Of a stretch of DNA of 64,000 bases, positions 62,090 through 64,000 are shown one piece after another; position 1 is the stretch's first letter; every line of letters starts with the position of its first letter. The position numbers and the translations under genes are program-made. Source of the stretch: Utricularia gibba (Eukaryota; Plantae; Magnoliophyta); the NCBI GenBank assembly GCA_002189035.1, contig NEEC01000008.1, forward strand, positions 124,001 through 188,000, written 5' to 3'. The notes under the pieces are model-generated. The model was given only the letters and a program-made list of their open reading frames with translations, was not told where the DNA came from and did not search any database.

Positions 62090-62820
62090 AGACAAAATGG
62101 TGGTAATGGGCTTTGTGAAGAAAAACATATTTGCTCAATTTGACGTCCCAAGGTACTCCTTAGCAATATAGGATCTCATTTCTTTCACAGGGGTTTGCGA
62201 AAATTGCTCAAGAGGTATGGTGTATGGACTTCAAATAACTACTATTTTCAAACCAACAAATAAGCTGAGATATCTAATCATGAGATCAAACAATTATTGG
62301 AGAAAAAACTATCAACCTATCCAAAAAAGATTGGAGTCAAAAGTTGGACGATGCAATGTGGGTAATTCGTACTGCTTACAAAACACCGATTGGTATGAAA
62401 CATTTTAAGGTAGTTTATGGGAAGAATTATCATCTTCTAATCGAGTCGGAATACAAGACTACATGGATAACCCAATTGCTTAACGATGATGTGAGGGCAA
62501 ATATTGAAGTTTTGAAATTTCAATTGCAAGAATTAGAGGAATTAGGGAAGACCACCTATAATAATTCTTGTAGTTTCAAATAATAGACCAAATCTTACAA
62601 TGAGCAAGATTAAAAAGAAGGAATGTAAGCAAGGGCAAAAGGTACTTTTGTACCATTCCACTTTCAAACTTCACCCAAGAAAATGAAGTCGAGCTGGGAA
62701 GGGCTGTTGTTGTAAAATTTATGAACAACAATACTTCAATGGAATTATTTGATAAATGTCCAAATGCTAAACCTTTCATTTTAAATAATTATAGGTTGAA
62801 GCTTTATTTTGAAATATGAT
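62090..62820 (+). mobile_element. Degenerate Athila integrase core and C-terminal fragment
   Basis: FVKKNIF.QF.VP; GSHF; [13 protein letters not shown]; [30 protein letters not shown]; ends ..RLKLY. Confidence 0.88.
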
Positions 62821-64000
62821 TAAAGGGCGAATAAGAGAGAGAAGGAGAAAATCTTTTACGCACCTGAAGAAAACACATGAAACAAAACACATGGAGATCT
62901 CAACCTGGACCAGAAACAAAAGGGACATCACTAGGAGTCACACAAATTCAAATAAGGCCACTTAGAAACAAATTTTCATAGATTATTTATATCATTATTA
63001 TCAAAACTAGAAGATATTTTTATAATCCTGATCAAATAAAAAAAATAAAGATAAATTGATCAGAATTTAACAATAAAAAAATTTACAAATTCATAACATC
63101 AAATTCAAAAATCTAGAAATATAAATTCTAAATAAAAAATTATATTCCTAAAAAACAAATGAAAATTCATGTAATAACTATGAACAATGATTATTGAATT
63201 TTGAATGACAAACAACGACGACAATCAATGAGTGATGATTAAGCACTCGAGATGAGGATGGGTGAAAATATGAGAAATCATGTCATAATAAAAATATTAT
63301 TAAAAATATTAATTTTTAAATGAATAATGATTCAATAATAAAATTGATTATTAAAAATATTAATTTTTTTAAAAAATAAAGTAGCATATGCTGAATTCTC
63401 ATCGGATTCGTCACAACTACACACTCGATGCACAAAGAATCTTGATTTCCAACGAATTGGTGATTCTCAAATTTATATATTTCGATTTCCAAAATCAATA
63501 TTCAATTGTTTTATTTATTATATACTTTATTAGAAACTTATTAATACAAATTTCTTTGTATTTAAAGTTAAATAATATAAATCTATTATATATTTTCCAA
63601 TTAATTTTAAATATAAATAAATATAATAATTAATAAACATAAATCTTTATAAACATTCGTAAATAATAATGGATATCAAATAAAATAATATGAACAAATT
63701 TTTTGTTAAATTAATTTAAATAAACCAATATGAACAAAAACATTTACGTTCGTGTTCCTTCATTGGATATAACAACGCTGCCTATAACTTACACTGATCT
63801 CAGATGCCGCGGGGCAAAGGTTGATTTATTGTCTCGAAAATAGGAACACAAAGAAGAGTTTCACATGTAAGCAGCATTCAATGGGATTGAACTATGCCAC
63901 CATGACGAGGTTGCATCCATAGGGCTGAAGCTCAAGCGTTGCACAAATGATACAATGAGATTGCTCTCAAATGTAACATGAAACACCCGGGAGGACGGCT

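Noticed and set aside
63720-64000. Possible gene end or ncRNA at the window edge
   Set aside because: No recognisable ORF or RNA motif; may be a minus-strand 3' UTR but cannot be supported.
1-64000. CRISPR arrays, rRNA and tRNA genes, and the remaining short ORFs in the track
   Set aside because: No repeat-spacer structure or RNA gene signature. The tRNA-like matches are retrotransposon PBSs, and most 60-130-aa ORFs are antisense or off-frame readings of the genes and TEs listed.

Overview
Angiosperm nuclear DNA, possibly from a monocot given the GC3-rich exons in the glycosylase gene, though that cannot be shown from the sequence. A gene island at about 28-43 kb holds five intact + strand genes with very short introns: a PII-2/RLP29-like LRR receptor-like protein, a NIK-type LRR-II receptor kinase, a SOFL protein, a PLS-DYW PPR protein and a TAG-family 3-methyladenine glycosylase. 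The flanks are nested, degraded transposon blocks: Copia, Athila and Tekay/Del remnants, five TSD-flanked solo LTRs plus a sixth with a degraded TSD, an Ac/Ds-type MITE and an old psbD-psbC plastid insertion. No intact LTR retrotransposon, RNA gene or CRISPR array is supported. The standout is a complete 10.6-kb Mutator-like element (15613-26254) with long TIRs and a 10-bp TSD. Besides its transposase it carries a divergently transcribed, spliced second gene that fuses a Transposase_28-like domain to an FCP1/NIF-type HAD-phosphatase-like domain lacking the catalytic Asp, together with clusters of a short repeated motif. The element appears to sit inside an unidentified host transcript. All family assignments come from motif recognition by eye; no database search was run.
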